64,000 nucleotides of DNA from Octopus vulgaris (lineage: Eukaryota): the NCBI GenBank assembly GCA_951406725.2, contig OX597822.1, forward strand, positions 93,620,001-93,684,000. The letters run 5' to 3'. The position numbers and the translations under genes were made by a program. Position 1 is the stretch's first letter. Each line of letters begins with the position of its first letter. Shown here piece after piece: positions 1-12,639 of the stretch. The notes beneath the pieces were generated by a model. It ran no database searches and was not told where the DNA came from. It saw only the letters and a list, made by a program, of their open reading frames with translations.

Positions 1-269
1 GCAGGATTGGGATTTAATGGCAGGCGCAAGTCTAAATGAAACCAAACGACTGGTATTTTTATATATTTCTTTAGATTTCTTTTATCGTTTTAATTGTTTT
101 AGTCATTGGACTGCGGCCATGCTGGAACACCGTCTTGAAGGGTTTTAGTCGAACAAATCGACCCCAGTACTTGTTTTTAAAAAAGGTTTTTGGCCGAACT
201 GTTAAGTTGTGGTGACGTAAACAAACCAACACAGGTTGTCGGGCAGACACACACACATACACACATTAA

Positions 270-410
270 GTGCAGGCGTGGTTGTGTGGTAAGAAGTTTG
301 CTTCCCAGCCAAGTAGCATTTTGGGTGAATGTTTCCTACTATATATAGCCTTGGGTCGACCAAATCCTTGCGAGCGGATTTGGTTGATGGAAACTGAATG
401 AAACCTGTTG

Positions 411-466
<56 letters not shown>

Positions 467-682
467 TGTGTGTCTTTATGTTTGACCCCCCCCCCCCCGC
501 CACCGCTTGACAACCGATGTTGATGTGTTTACGTTCACTTCACATTTCGATTCGGCAAAAGAGTCCGATAGAACAAGTACCAGCTTTAACAGAAAGTAAA
601 TATCGGTACGATTCGTCCGACTAAAGTTTTTCAAGACGGTGCCCCAGCGTGGCCGCAGTCTAATGACTGAAACAAGTCAAAG
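270..682 (+). mobile_element. tRNA-derived CORE-type SINE with internal microsatellite (family A), diverged copy
   Basis: Head GTGCAGGCGTGGTTGTGTGGTAAG, internal (TA)n, tail CAGCGTGGCCGCAGTCTAATGACTGAAACAAG; aligns by eye to copies at 45374-45750 and 52398-52878. Confidence 0.75.
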
Positions 683-836
683 GAACTTTCAGTTTCGTCT
701 ACTAAATCCACTCGCAAGCCTTTGGTCGTTTCCGGGTTAAAGTACCGAAGTGCTGCATAGTGGGACTGAACCGAAGAATACTTATTTCGAAAGCAAGCTT
801 CTTACTTACAGAACAACGACTATATTTCTATATACT

Positions 837-1255
837 AAGGCGGCGAGCTGGCAGACACGTTAGCACGCCGGGCGAAATGCTTAGCGGTATTTCGTCTGTC
901 GTTACGTTCTGAGTTCAAATTCCGCCGAGGTCGACTTTGCCTTTTATCCTTTCGGGTCGATAAATTAAGTACCAGTTACGCACTGGGGTCGATATAATCG
1001 ACTTAATACCCATGTCTGTCCTTGTTTGTCCCCTCTGTGTTTAGCCCCTTGTGGGTAATAAAGAAATAGGTATTTCGTCTGTCGTTACGTTCTGAGTTCA
1101 AATTCCGCCGAGGTCAACTTTGCCTTTCATCCTTTCGGGGTCGATAAATAAAGTACCAGTTTCGCACTGGGGGCGATATAATCGACTCAATTCCTTCGTC
1201 TGTCCTTGTTTGTCCCCTCTATATTTATCCCCCTTATGGGCAGTAAAGAAATAGG
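837..1255 (+). mobile_element. tRNA-derived SINE (family B), head-to-tail dimer with target-site duplication
   Basis: Head GGCGGCGAGCTGGCAG, B-box-like GAGTTCAAATTCC, central GCCTTTCATCCTTTCGGGGTCGATAAA; the body repeats from ~1070. TATTTCTATATACT flanks it at 823-836 and 1256-1269. Confidence 0.85.
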
Positions 1256-1269
1256 TATTTCTATATACT

Positions 1270-1520
1270 GGTTTCAAATTTTGGTACAAGGACAGTAATT
1301 TCAGGAGAGCGTGTAAGTAGTTTACGTCGACCCCAGTGCTCAACCGATACTTATTTTATCGATCCTGAAGGAATGAAAGGCAAAGTTGATCTCAACGGGA
1401 TTTAAACCCCAGAACATAAAGACGGACGATCGGCGGGATTTGAACCCAGAACGTAAAGACAGACGGAATGAAGCTAAACATTTTGTTCGTTGTGCTAACG
1501 GTTTTGCCAGTTCGCCGCCT
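1270..1520 (-). mobile_element. Family B SINE, diverged
   Basis: Reverse complement of the family B head and central domain (ACTTATTTTATCGATCCTGAAGGAATGAAAGGCAAAG ... GCCAGTTCGCCGCC). Confidence 0.75.
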
Positions 1521-1555
1521 CTATATGTTTGCATGTTATAATGTATATTACTATA

Positions 1556-1942
1556 TCTCTCTATATATAAACGGCAGTTTGTCTGTCTGCGTGTCTGTGT
1601 ATCTGTTAGGTTGTACCCTCACCCTGACCACGGCTTTCAACCGATTCTGATGAAACTTGACACACACATAGCCCAATGTCATAATTCAAAACTAACGCAG
1701 CGAAAATTTTGAAAAGTTTCCCCAGTTCTGAAAAAAATCGATAAATTCGACATGGGGTCGAGAATCAGAAACACAAACCACAGACTGTCATGGAGACGCA
1801 ACTCGACCTTTTTAACTCTCAAAAAAAAAATTACCATCATTTTTTTTTCCCATTTTTTTGCTATTTTTTGGCTATAACTCTCTAAAAATGCTTTATAGTT
1901 ATTTCCCTTACAAACCCGAGCAACGCCGGGTGATACTGCTTG
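1556..1942 (+). mobile_element. Non-autonomous Helitron-like element
   Basis: Starts A|TC-TCTCTATATATAA, contains CCGATTCTGATGAAACTTGAC, 3' hairpin CCCGAGCAACGCCGGG about 10 nt before CTTG|T; no TIRs. Confidence 0.65.
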
Positions 1943-2506
1943 TAATGTATATTACTATATATTTCTATATATTCTGTATATTTTCTTCACATTTCTCAGC
2001 ATTTCTAATTACATTTTTATGTATATTTCTATATATTTCCACGTATTTCTATAAGTCGGGTCGATATGGAATCTTTTCCTGCTGTCATGCCAGTAAAATA
2101 ATTTTAGTCAGATGTAAATATAGATACAGCTGAATACAAACTCTTCTTCATAAATTATATATATTAATCATTATACGTTATTTATTTTGTAATTTCTGCC
2201 ACCACAAAACATTTAACAGACATATATCAAGATCATGAAACAGTTTCTTCTTCCACTAAAAGACGTTGTTCTACTCGCCACCGCCAAAACATCCCTGCCA
2301 TATTATTTCTCAAGAAAATTCGATAATTCTTTCTAATCTCATCTACAGTTGTGGCTCTGTTATTTTTGATTTCTATTAATAATAGCCGATATAAATGTAT
2401 ATATATGTATATCCAAATGTATATCTATGTGCATATATATACATATATACATGCATACATACATTCAATCCTCACCCCCACTCCACACGCATACTCACAC
2501 ACATAC

Positions 2507-2551
<45 letters not shown>

Positions 2552-2629
2552 CACACACTTACAGATATGTTTTATATTTTACTTGTTTCGGTCATTTGAT
2601 TGAGGCCATGCTGGAGCGCCGCCTTGAAA

Positions 2630-4164
2630 TACATTGACCTGAGCAAGCTCAAGGTTGAAACCGAAAAGATAGATTCGGTTTTGGACCTATTCTTGACGAG
2701 AAATATAACTGAAACTAACAAGATTATTTGGGCTGCAGCTATTGTTACTGCAGATAGAGTTGGACACTCAAGAAAAGAACAAACAGAAGGCAAAGAACCA
2801 TTCTGCGTAGACGAATTTGTGAGAAACAAAGTTAAAAAGACATTTAGAATAAGTTGATCGATTGAGAAGGGAATTGCAGAACGAAATCATAAGAATAATT
2901 CTGGAAAGAACATATAAAATAAGAGATAAAGGTTATGATGTGATATTGGAAGAATTGAAACAAAGAGTAGAAGCAATCAAAGCAAAACTGGAAGGATATG
3001 CCAATAGAAAAAGACAGTTCAGGCAAAACAGATTGTTTGAAGCAGGAATTAGATGGGAAAATACACGAAACAAGGATACCAGATGCAGAGGAAAACAAAA
3101 CATTCTGGAGAGGGATCTGGGACCAACCTGTATAGAATAATGATGAAGTGGAGTGGCTGCATGAAATCCAAGATTGGTTAAGAAATATAGAAGACATAAA
3201 GATAACTATAGAAATTATAAAAAATACAGTTAAGAAAATTCTCAGATTGGAAGGGCACAGGACCGTATGGGGTCCAAGGGTATTTATTGGATGAAGAAGC
3301 TGAGAGGGTTCCATGAAAGGATAGCACAACAGATAGATGAGTGCTTGCATGATGGCGCAGTACCCAGCAGGATGACAAAGGGAAAGACATTGTTATGTGT
3401 CAAGGACCTTGAAAAAGGAAATGTTGCATCCAGCTTAGGACCCATAACATGCCTTCCGCTAATGTGGAAACTAATGCCAGGTGCTTTGACCGGTGAACTG
3501 TACAGGTACTTGGAAAAAAAGTGGGCTGCTGCTCATTGAACAGAAAGGGTGCCAAAAAAGGAGCGAGGGAAAATTGAGAGCAGAGAAAAAAGGGAAAACA
3601 AAAGAAGCACAAAAAGGACGGGTTGAAGAACTACGCCAGAAGGGACTACACAATCAATTCCATGTAGCCACAACAGAAGTTGCTGGAAAAATAGGTAGGA
3701 TTGGCTGATGATAGGAACCCTAAAAGAAAAGACCGAGAGCACTAACTATACTGGCAGAGCAAGACCAAGCTCTGGTCACGAACTGGAGGGTCAATCTGAT
3801 GAATGAGCAAGCGTATTCGCTGTGCCGCATCTGCAATAGAGCGGATGAAAACATTGCCCATATCACGAACCAATGCCTAAGACATGCCTCAAACCAATAC
3901 AAGTTGTGGGGACACATCCAGGTAACGAAAGTGCTACATTAGAAATAGAGGCTAGAGAGAGGTAAGAACGTGGTAGGAACACAAATCGCTGAGAGCGGTA
4001 GAATCAGAGACTAGCAAAACCCTCTGGCGTTTCCAAATCCAATCAGATCAGATGCTAGAGCATAACAGACCGTACCTAGTGGTGGTCGACAAGGTGCACT
4101 ACATATGCTATATAGTTGACGTTGCGTGACCCTTTGGCCCACGAATAGTTAAGAAGGAAGGCAA

Positions 4165-4199
<35 letters not shown>

Positions 4200-4460
4200 C
4201 AACCCTCTTCAGTACAACCCTCTTCAGTATGAAATAGCCCAGTTACGGAAAATGAAGAATGTGAAGATAGTGCCAATTATTGTTGGGTCCTTGGGGACAG
4301 TATCAGAAGGCATCAAGGTTTGCCTCTTTGGCGCGGCCAGAATATTGGTATTACATAGTTGAAAAGAATGCATAGCATGGTACCGTAAGCAGCTACGTAA
4401 GTCCGCTACGCATGCAAGACTCCAGGAGCTCCAACAAAACTAGTCATAAAGAGAAAATAA
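2630..4460 (+). mobile_element. Decayed R4/Dong-type non-LTR retrotransposon (RLE clade), RT core deleted
   Basis: Frames give EELKQRV..RQFRQNRLFE, WMKKL..PITCLPLMWKL (RT N-terminus), then jump to QDQAL..CRICNRADENIAHITNQC (CCHC) and RPYLVVVD..IVDVA / VPIIVGSLG (restriction-like endonuclease); many stops and frameshifts. Confidence 0.8.
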
Positions 4461-5536
4461 CAATAGTAGTAGTAGTAGTAGTAAACCTTTTTTTATTATA
4501 GGCACAAGGCTTGAAATTTGCGAGGTGGGAGTAAGTCGATTACATCGACACCAGTGCATAACTGGTACTTATCTAATCGACCCCGAAAGATTCAACAACT
4601 TTAGCATCGGTGTTGAGCGACCTTCACATCCTGCTGGTATCGTTTCTGTGTTTTTAACATAATGTGTCTATAAGAGATATTTTTTTTCAAGACAAATACA
4701 ACAGTTTGAAGCCTTTAAACGTTTATACTTAGTTTAAGTATGCATACAACTTACTAACTCTTACTGGTTTGAATTACAAGATTGCGGCTATGTTGGAACA
4801 CTCACTGCCTTCAGAGATTTTAGATCGTCATCTCGAATGTCTGATTCTTACTCTAAACAATTTTGAAATTTTGATGCAAGTTTTTAATTCAAATCACTTT
4901 GAAACATGAAATTTGTATCATAGCACCAGGGCAGTTTTATGCGGGTTGGTATCAAAAGGAATTTGAAGAAAGTATCTCTTATAAGACATACTTGTGTTTT
5001 GCCTCTGCAGCTATCTAGGCAGACAGGCAGGCAGCCAGCCGGCCGGCCAGCCAGTCAATCAACCCTCACTCATTAAATGTATTTCTATTCGCGAGATGGA
5101 TATTAAAAGGAGTGGTAGTGGGAGTGCTGTGCAAGTGTGATCTTGTTAGGGTGGGAGTGGAGTGAAAATCGTGGTGGTGGTGGTGGTGGTGGTAGCGGTA
5201 GGAGTGTTATGTGAGTATGATGTAGTTAGGATATGGTGGTGGAGATAAAATAAAGTTGTGGGGGGTGGTGTTGTATGAGTGTTATAGAGATAAGGTGTGG
5301 GTGGAGGTAAAACGAAGAGGTAATGGCAGTGCTGAATGAGTGTAATGTAGACAGGGAGGGCTAGAGGTAAAATGGCCGCTATGTAAGTTATCTATTTGAA
5401 CTACTCTTAACTTCATTTCCGGGTCATTCAGAAGAAAAAAAGAGGAGTTTCTCCCATCTTCACGGCTGTCTACCCACCGTGCTAAATTTTATCATTAATT
5501 CACTCCAGTAACCAAGTTGATATGTTTATTTTACAT

Positions 5537-5970
5537 TCTTCTTCTTCTTCTTCTTCTTCTTCTTCTTCTCCTTCTCCTCCTCCTCCTTCTTCTCCTTCTT
5601 CTCCTTCTTCTTCTTCTTCGTTTTCTTTTTCTTCTTTTTCTTCTTTTTCTTCTTTTTCTTCTTCTCCTTCTCCTCCTCCTCCTTCTCCTTCACCTTTTCC
5701 TTCCCCTCCTCCTCCTCCTCCTTCTTCTTCTTCTTCTTCTTCTCCTTCTCCTTCTCCTCCTTCTCCTTCACCTTTTCCTTCCCCTCCTCCTCCTCCTTTC
5801 TTCTTTCTTCTTTCTTTTCTTCTCTCTTCTTCTTTCTTCTTTCTTCTTCCTTCTTCTTTCATGTTGTTGTTATTATTATCGTTATCATCATTACCATCAT
5901 CATCATAGTCGTCATCAACATCAGCATCATCATCATCATCATCATCATCATCTCATCATCATCATCATCA
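5537..5970. repeat. Compound (CTT/CCT)n and (CAT)n simple repeat
   Basis: Direct reading; includes an internally duplicated block CCTTCTCCTTCACCTTTTCCTTCCCC. Confidence 0.95.
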
Positions 5971-6190
5971 CAGCCGTTATTATTATTTTCGTTAACTCTT
6001 TTTTTTTTTTGGAAGGTAGGGGTACATTAATACATTTTCATAGCGTTTCAATATTTAAAAAATTTTTTTATTCTTATTTCTAAGATTTGCTTTAAAAGAA
6101 ATAAAGCAGAAACTGACTTCTAGCAAGTTCGTTTCGTGTGCCTATGGAAGTGAGAAAGTTGTTAAGGGGTGCATATGGATACTTGAATGA

Positions 6191-6403
6191 GGGGCGGGAA
6201 GGAGGAGAGCGTGGTGTATGCGTGAGTGCACGAATAAGAAAGCTGTAAAAAAAAAATGTGTTTATGAATGTATACATCTATATGTGTCTTTGTATGTGTG
6301 TATGTGGCAGTCACCAATTAGCAAGCGGGGCGGGAATGATCGAGTCGGACCAAGTCACTCGTACACGGTGTAAACATTTGAAAGTCACCATATGAAGGTA
6401 ATT
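6191..6403 (+). promoter_or_regulatory. Candidate promoter/enhancer-like motif cluster
   Basis: GGGGCGGGAA (GC-box/E2F-like) at 6191 and 6327, CCAAT at 6314, forkhead-like GTAAACA at 6370, and ATG-AAG|GTAATT at 6392-6403 (possible start plus donor), in unique CpG-containing sequence. Confidence 0.3.
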
Positions 6404-6588
6404 AAGAAACAATCCAATGATATATTTACACAGTGAGGATTCACGGCACACGATAAACAGCCTGAGTATCAACAATAACAACAACAACAACAGCCAAAAC
6501 GACAACAAAAAAAACGATGTCAAAAATAATATACTGTCTGATACCCTGACATACGTCATCAATATATATATGTATATATATATGTATA

Positions 6589-6731
<143 letters not shown>

Positions 6732-6771
6732 CATATATATATACTTCAGAATTAGGCGCAACAAAATCGTC

Positions 6772-6852
6772 CCGGAAGTGGCCGCGAAAGCGGCAAATTC
6801 GCATTTCACTGTTGTTGCGGTTTGTCAGTGTCACGTACACGTGTCACTTCCG
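6772..6852. promoter_or_regulatory. CpG-rich island with inverted ETS-like motifs and E-box; also self-complementary
   Basis: CCGGAAGTG 6772-6780, CACTTCCG 6845-6852, CACGTG 6838-6843, hairpin GCCGC-GAAA-GCGGC 6781-6794. Confidence 0.35.
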
Positions 6853-7809
6853 AAACACCGCTTAGGTTGAATAAAATTCAAATTATGGAACAGAAGCAAC
6901 TTTACTGTAAAATCTTTAGCTATATGATGTACTTAACGCATGTGTATCGCTGAAAAGCAACGCTCTGAAGTATATTGTGCCTTTTAACACAATAAGTCTA
7001 TCAAGCTATCTATTTTTCTCGGACGAAAAATGCAGCCTCTGACCTTCTAACGATATGTATACTTTAAGAATATTATATAAAGAATTTCTGTTGCATAATT
7101 AGAAATAAAAATAAACTAGAAAAGACAATCTCTACTTTCACTAGTCAAAGCAATGAAATATATACAGTGAAGGGCTGAACCGAGTGGGAATGGAAATGTG
7201 TTATTTCTAAGAACACCACAGTTCTTAAGAAAGATACAAACAGCTCGCCTCATGATCGTTGTTTATTCGATATCGTATCAACAAAAATACTTGAGGCTCT
7301 GCAGTGTCAATGCATTATTATAACAAAAAAAAAAACAATGGGGGAAATGTACAGGGAAAAAGTACAAAAAAGAACAGCTAGGTGTTTTACATTTTTTTTT
7401 TTTTTTTTTGGTTATTCTAGAGAGAAAAGTTTTAAGTTGAGATTAGTAATATTGTCAGCAGACAGAAACTTAAAGGGGACTAAATTTAAATGTCTGGGAA
7501 TGCGTTGGTCGAAGACAAATGTCAGTGAGTGCTACAGTTTCAGTGTTGATTTTAAACCCTAATATAAACATATGTGTGTGTTGTAGACAGCAATGATACC
7601 ATCTTCGCTACCTCAAATACAAATTACACATCGCTGTCACTAACAACAACAATAATATTTGTTGCTGTTAGTGACGAGGTGTGTGATGTTATATCCACCT
7701 CTCTTATCTCTCTCCTTTTCTTTCTCTCTCACAATCATCATCACTACGGATATCATCGCAATCACCATAGTCACTATTACTACCAATACTGCTGCCTTTA
7801 AATAATAAT

Positions 7810-8680
7810 GATTCCAAATTTTGACACAAGGCCGGCAACTTCAGGAAGTAGGATAATCGATTACATCTACCCCAGTGTTTAACTGGTACTTATTTTATCA
7901 ACCACAAAAAGATGAAAGACAAAGTCGACCTCGGCGGAATTTGAACTCAGAACGTAATGACGGACGAAATGCCGCTAAGTATATTGCCTGGCCTGCTAAC
8001 GCTTCTGTCATCTCGCCACCTTTGTCTTTACAGTAATAATGGTTTCGAATTTTGGTATAATGCCAGCAACTTCGGAAAGGGGGCTAATCGATTGCATCGA
8101 CCTCAGTGTTTAACTGATAATTATTTTATCGAACATGAAAGGATGAAAGGCCAAGTCGACCTCGGCGGAATTTGAACTCAGAACGTAGCGGCAGACGAAA
8201 TACCGCTAACCATTTTCGCCCGGAGTGCTAACGTTTCTGCCAGCTGCCCCCCCCCCTGCCTTTACAATAATAATAATAACAATTGTTTCTAATATAAGCA
8301 CAGGACTTGAAATTTGAAGCAAGAGATTAATCAATATGATCGACCCAGTACTTGACTGGTACTTTATTTTATCGAACCCAGAGGGATGAAAGGCAGTGCT
8401 GACATTGGTGGGATTTGAGCTGAGGACAGGGTCAGAATACATAGCGCCTCGCATTTTATGACATTTCGTTCGGCACTTTATGCTCTGGTTTCAAATCAGA
8501 CCTTTCAGATATGAAGCAGATGATCGTGATAATAATAATGATGATTTCAAAATTTGACAGAAGATCAACAATTTTAGGGGAAGAGGTAAGCCGATTACAT
8601 CGATCCCAGTGTTCAACTGGTACTCATTTTATCGATCCCAAAAGGACGAAAAGCAGAGTCGACCTCAGCAGAATTTTAAC
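7810..8680 (-). mobile_element. Cluster of about four family B SINE copies or fragments
   Basis: Repeated AAGTCGACCTCGGCGGAATTTGAACTCAGAACGTA and ACTGGTACTTATTTTATCGA blocks separated by AAT-rich linkers. Confidence 0.8.
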
Positions 8681-8694
8681 TTGGATTATATTGT

Positions 8695-9020
8695 GGTGAC
8701 ATTTCCGGACAACTTCTTATGACGTGGGTGATATATCTTCAGTGTGGACTCCACAAAGTCTGCATCGGTTGTCACATTTTACGGCTTACCCTGCATTTCT
8801 GTTCCTTTTGTGCACCAGGTACTTGGTTGATATTTCCTGTTCCTGGATTGCAAACGCATACCCTTCAAAGTGGGAGGTAGTAACCCGGCTTTTCGGCCAT
8901 GATAAACAGCTTTGATGATCGATGCTACTATCATCACGGAGCTTTCTACTAACATATCCATGCATAGTCTTCTGCTCATATAAGCTCATCCTGTCATCTG
9001 ATGATACGTTGCGGTAGAGT
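8695..9020 (-). mobile_element. R4/Dong-type LINE fragment (zinc-knuckle region)
   Basis: Translates to KTMHGYVSRKL..SHFEGYAFAIQEQEISTKYL..CRLCGVHTEDITHVIRSC; homologous to 60000-60378. Confidence 0.75.
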
Positions 9021-9022
9021 CG

Positions 9023-9058
<36 letters not shown>

Positions 9059-9064
9059 TGTATG

Positions 9065-9095
<31 letters not shown>

Positions 9096-9214
9096 CATTA
9101 TTATTCCTATTCCTAAAAATAATAACGTTAGTGGCCGCGAGCGAAAAGCCGTATGGGTAAAATTAATAATTATATATTAGATATATAAATATATTTATAT
9201 ATACTAGGGTACTA

Positions 9215-10488
9215 CGAGGGGCGTTCAATAAGTAATGCCCCTGACCCACTTCCCATAGCAGTAGAGCAACGAAACTTGGCACAGTTATTAGTCTTTTTCT
9301 ACATAGGAACCACCCAGAGTTACGCATTTCTCCCATCGTTTGATGCGGCTCTGGAGACCGTTTTTGTAGAAGAACCCAGCTTGGTCCTCCAACCTCAACG
9401 TGACTTCAGAAATCAAGGCTGCATCATCTGGGAAACGCTTTCCTTTCAAAAACAACTTCATGATTGGGAAGAGGTGAAAATCAGAGGGTGAAAGGTTAGG
9501 AAAGTAGGGGGATGGGGGAGGAGTTCATAGCCATACGCCTGTGCTTCTGATCTGGCGACAAGCGAGTTGTGGACCGGAGCGTTGTCCTGCAGGAGGAGGA
9601 TGCCTTTGCTGATCTTGCCCCGCCTCTTGATTTTGATAACTTCTCTTAATATCCTCAAAAGTGAAGCATAATAGGCTCCTGCAATTGTGGTACCCTTTGC
9701 CAGGAAATTTGTCATCACTACTCCGTCCTGGTCCCAGAAGACTGTGAGCATGACCTTGCCAGCGGAGGGCTGCACCCTTGCCTTCTTTGGAGGGGGTGAG
9801 TCACGGTGCTTCCACTGCATTGACTGGGCTTTGGTCTCTGGATCATCGTGATGGACTCAGGTTTCATCCTGTGTAATCAGTCTTTTGAAAAATTTTGACT
9901 CATCTTCTTGGCACATCTCCAAATTCACCCTCGAGCACTCGACGCGTTCTTGCTTCTGGAAAGGCGTGAGCAACCGGGAATCCATCTGGCAGACACCTTT
10001 TGCATATGCAAATGGTCATGAATGATAGTTTCCACAGACCCGGTACTAATCTTGACCTCATGGGCTATTTGGCGAATAATTATGCGTCGATCTTCCAAAA
10101 TGGCAGCCTCAACTTGACGGACAGATGCCTCATCACTGGCAGAAGGGGGCGACCAGATTTGGGAGCTGTTTCCACAGAGTTCCGACCATGTTTGAATTCA
10201 CAAGGTCATATGATGGGGCATCATCACCATAAGTTACTTTCATTTCATCAAAAGTCTCCCGTGGTGTGCGTCCTTTCAAATACAAAAACCGGATCACTGC
10301 TCGACACTCAACAGGCTCCATTTCACACTTGACTTGGTTCAAACACCTGTAAATCAGAAACCACAATTAATTCAGAGCTGTAATTTGCCACTTACTCTAT
10401 AGAGATATAAATGATTGCACATGCAACATTTCAGCTAGATCAAACAACTGCAAGTGGGTCAGAGGCATTACTTATTGAACGTCCTTCG
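9215..10488 (-). mobile_element. Mariner DNA transposon, near full length, transposase pseudogene (copy 1)
   Basis: TIRs CGAGGGGCGTTCAATAAGTAATGCC / GGCATTACTTATTGAACGTCCTTCG, TA flanks at 9213-14 and 10489-90. Minus-strand frames give RAVIRFLYLKG (HTH), ITQDET*, KVMLTVFWD, LLQDNAPVH, PHPPYFPNLSPSDF. Confidence 0.95.
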
Positions 10489-10519
10489 TACATAAGCATC
10501 TGCTTCGCTAAAAATAGCA

Positions 10520-11100
10520 TTCCGAGTAGAATGTTTAGCGGCATTTTTTTCTGGCTTTACGTTCTGACTTCAAATGCCACTGAAGTCGACTTTGCCTTTC
10601 ATCATTTCAGGGTCGATAAAACAAGTACTAGTTGAGTATTGAGATCGCTGTAATCGACTAGACCCTCTCTCAAAATTTCAGTCCTGATGCCTAAAATAGA
10701 AAAGATGCTAATAGTGTCGAAATTCCGCCGAGGTCGAAATGCCTTTCATCATTTCAGGGTCAATAAAGTGAGTACCAGTCAAGTAGTGAGGTCGATGTAA
10801 TCGACGAGTCTCTCCTACAAAATTTCATGCCTTGTGCCTATAGTAGAAAGGATTATTATTCTTCTACATATTATTATTAATTAAGGCGGCGAGCTGCTAG
10901 AATCGTTAGCACCCTGGGCAAAATACTTAACCATTTTTCATCTGTCTCTACGTTCTGACTTCAAATTCCGCCGAGGTCGACTTTGCTTTCATTCTTACAG
11001 GGTCGATAAATTAAGTACCAGTCAAGTACTGAGGTCGGTGTGATTAACTATCCCCTTCACCAAAGATTTCAGGCATTGTGCTTCTAGTAGAAAGGAATAT
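10520..11100 (+). mobile_element. Tandem cluster of family B SINE copies
   Basis: Three repeats of GTCGACTTTGCCTTTCATC..GGGTCGATAAA..AGTACCAGT..AAATTTCAGGCCTTGTGCCT-like blocks. Confidence 0.8.
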
Positions 11101-11799
11101 TGTTATTATTAATTGAGTTCAGATTAACAGAGTCGGTATTCAGTTTCGTCACTTTGCACTGCAATCTCATCCCGCCAAGACCGTCGTCTGTGTCACTCAC
11201 CCTTGTGAGCAGTTAATAAGTACCAGTCGAATAGTGTGATGTGATATTACACTGGTTCTTATTAACCACCCTAAAAAAATGAACGGTACTTCCTTCAGGA
11301 ACAATAAAATAATACTGGGAATGATAAAATCGATTCAGTAAAAGCTATTTTTTATTGATCGAAAAGGAAGTCAACAGAAAAAAGTTATTAACCAAAACGC
11401 GACTAGTTTCAATATGAAATTAACTCAGATGCTGTTGGAAAATAAAAGATTAAATCATTTTCTATTTCGGCTGTTGAGGAATAACGTGTGAACAAATTCT
11501 CAAGGGATTTTCATATTGGATTCAGAAATGATGCTAATATCTTAAATTACCTTCATATGTTGACTAGAAATTATGTTAAGAGGCCTTCATGTGTTATTCA
11601 GAAATTATCCTATGGGTCATGTGCTTTCCAAGAATTGCCCCAAAGGGATTTCCTAGTTTATCTGGTAATCCTTAAGATCAGTCAAACAATTTTTCCTCTT
11701 TTTAATTGGCTGAGATGGTCGAGTCCCTCTCACTTGGGACACCTTCCTTTTAGGACAGCTAAAAGAAACATTGCTTCTGTTCTATGAGTCCTTGCTTAC

Positions 11800-12410
11800 T
11801 TCATTTAAAGAAAGGTCTGGAAGAATCTATCAGAATTTATTTGCATGAAAATGGCCGAAATGACACTTAGCTATAACAGCGATTTCCCTCTGAATACACG
11901 TCGGCCAATAAAGATAAAAATCCGTCTGGCAAAAAGGCCAAACACTCTGTCTTCAATTTGGTCTTGGTGTTTATTCTCACCTATGGTCATGAATTTTGGG
12001 TAATGACCGGAAGGGCATGATCGCGAAATGGGGTATCTACGAAGGGTCTCTGGAGTAAAGTTACTTAACAAGGTGCGTATCTCGAAAATAGGGAATTTCT
12101 CCAGGTCGAGCTGCTACTTCACGCATTGAAAAGTCACAGCTCCGGTACCGCGTATCTGTGATAAGAACGTTGCAAGAAAGAATTACAAGACGGATACTTC
12201 AAGCCAAACCAGCCATCAAGAGATCTTGCAGTTGAGATCCAAGAATGAGATGGTTGAATAATATCTGTAGTGTTGGTTGGTCACGCTTGGGAATACAGCC
12301 GGAAAGTCTAATGGTGGTTGCTTCTGATAGCATTCTACGGGGGTGGTGTCCGAGGACTCTACTCCCCCACGACCCTCATAGAGAAAGTCGGTGGAGAAGA
12401 CAGATGGAGA
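11800..12410 (+). mobile_element. Decayed RTE-clade LINE, 3' part of ORF
   Basis: Frames give KAKHSVF..ILTYGHEFWVMT, LRRVSGVKLL, RILQAKP, RMRWLNNI..WSRLGIQPE, typical of the RTE C-terminus. Confidence 0.75.
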
Positions 12411-12564
12411 AGACAGGGAAAAAAGAATGTTAAGGAAATTTGAGACGTTATTAGCGAGACTGTTAATACAAGTCAAGCAGAACAATGTAAAAATCAAAGC
12501 ATTCAAGCTTTAACCATTCCATCTTATCTGGGTCTACATTAAGCAGTGGTGGAGGACAAACACA

Positions 12565-12596
<32 letters not shown>

Positions 12597-12639
12597 TACA
12601 CACACACACACACAATCCCTCACACCCACATAAAAATAT

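Noticed and set aside
3149-3166. TGG AGT GGC TGC (WSGC) as a possible upstream Wnt4 exon
   Set aside because: Lies within the R4/Dong remnant (VEWLHEI in another frame), and the following Wnt residues are absent.
9458-9820. Mariner ORF fragments as a domesticated host gene
   Set aside because: TIRs and TA flanks are intact, there are in-frame stops and frameshifts, and no fused host domain or splice structure is seen.
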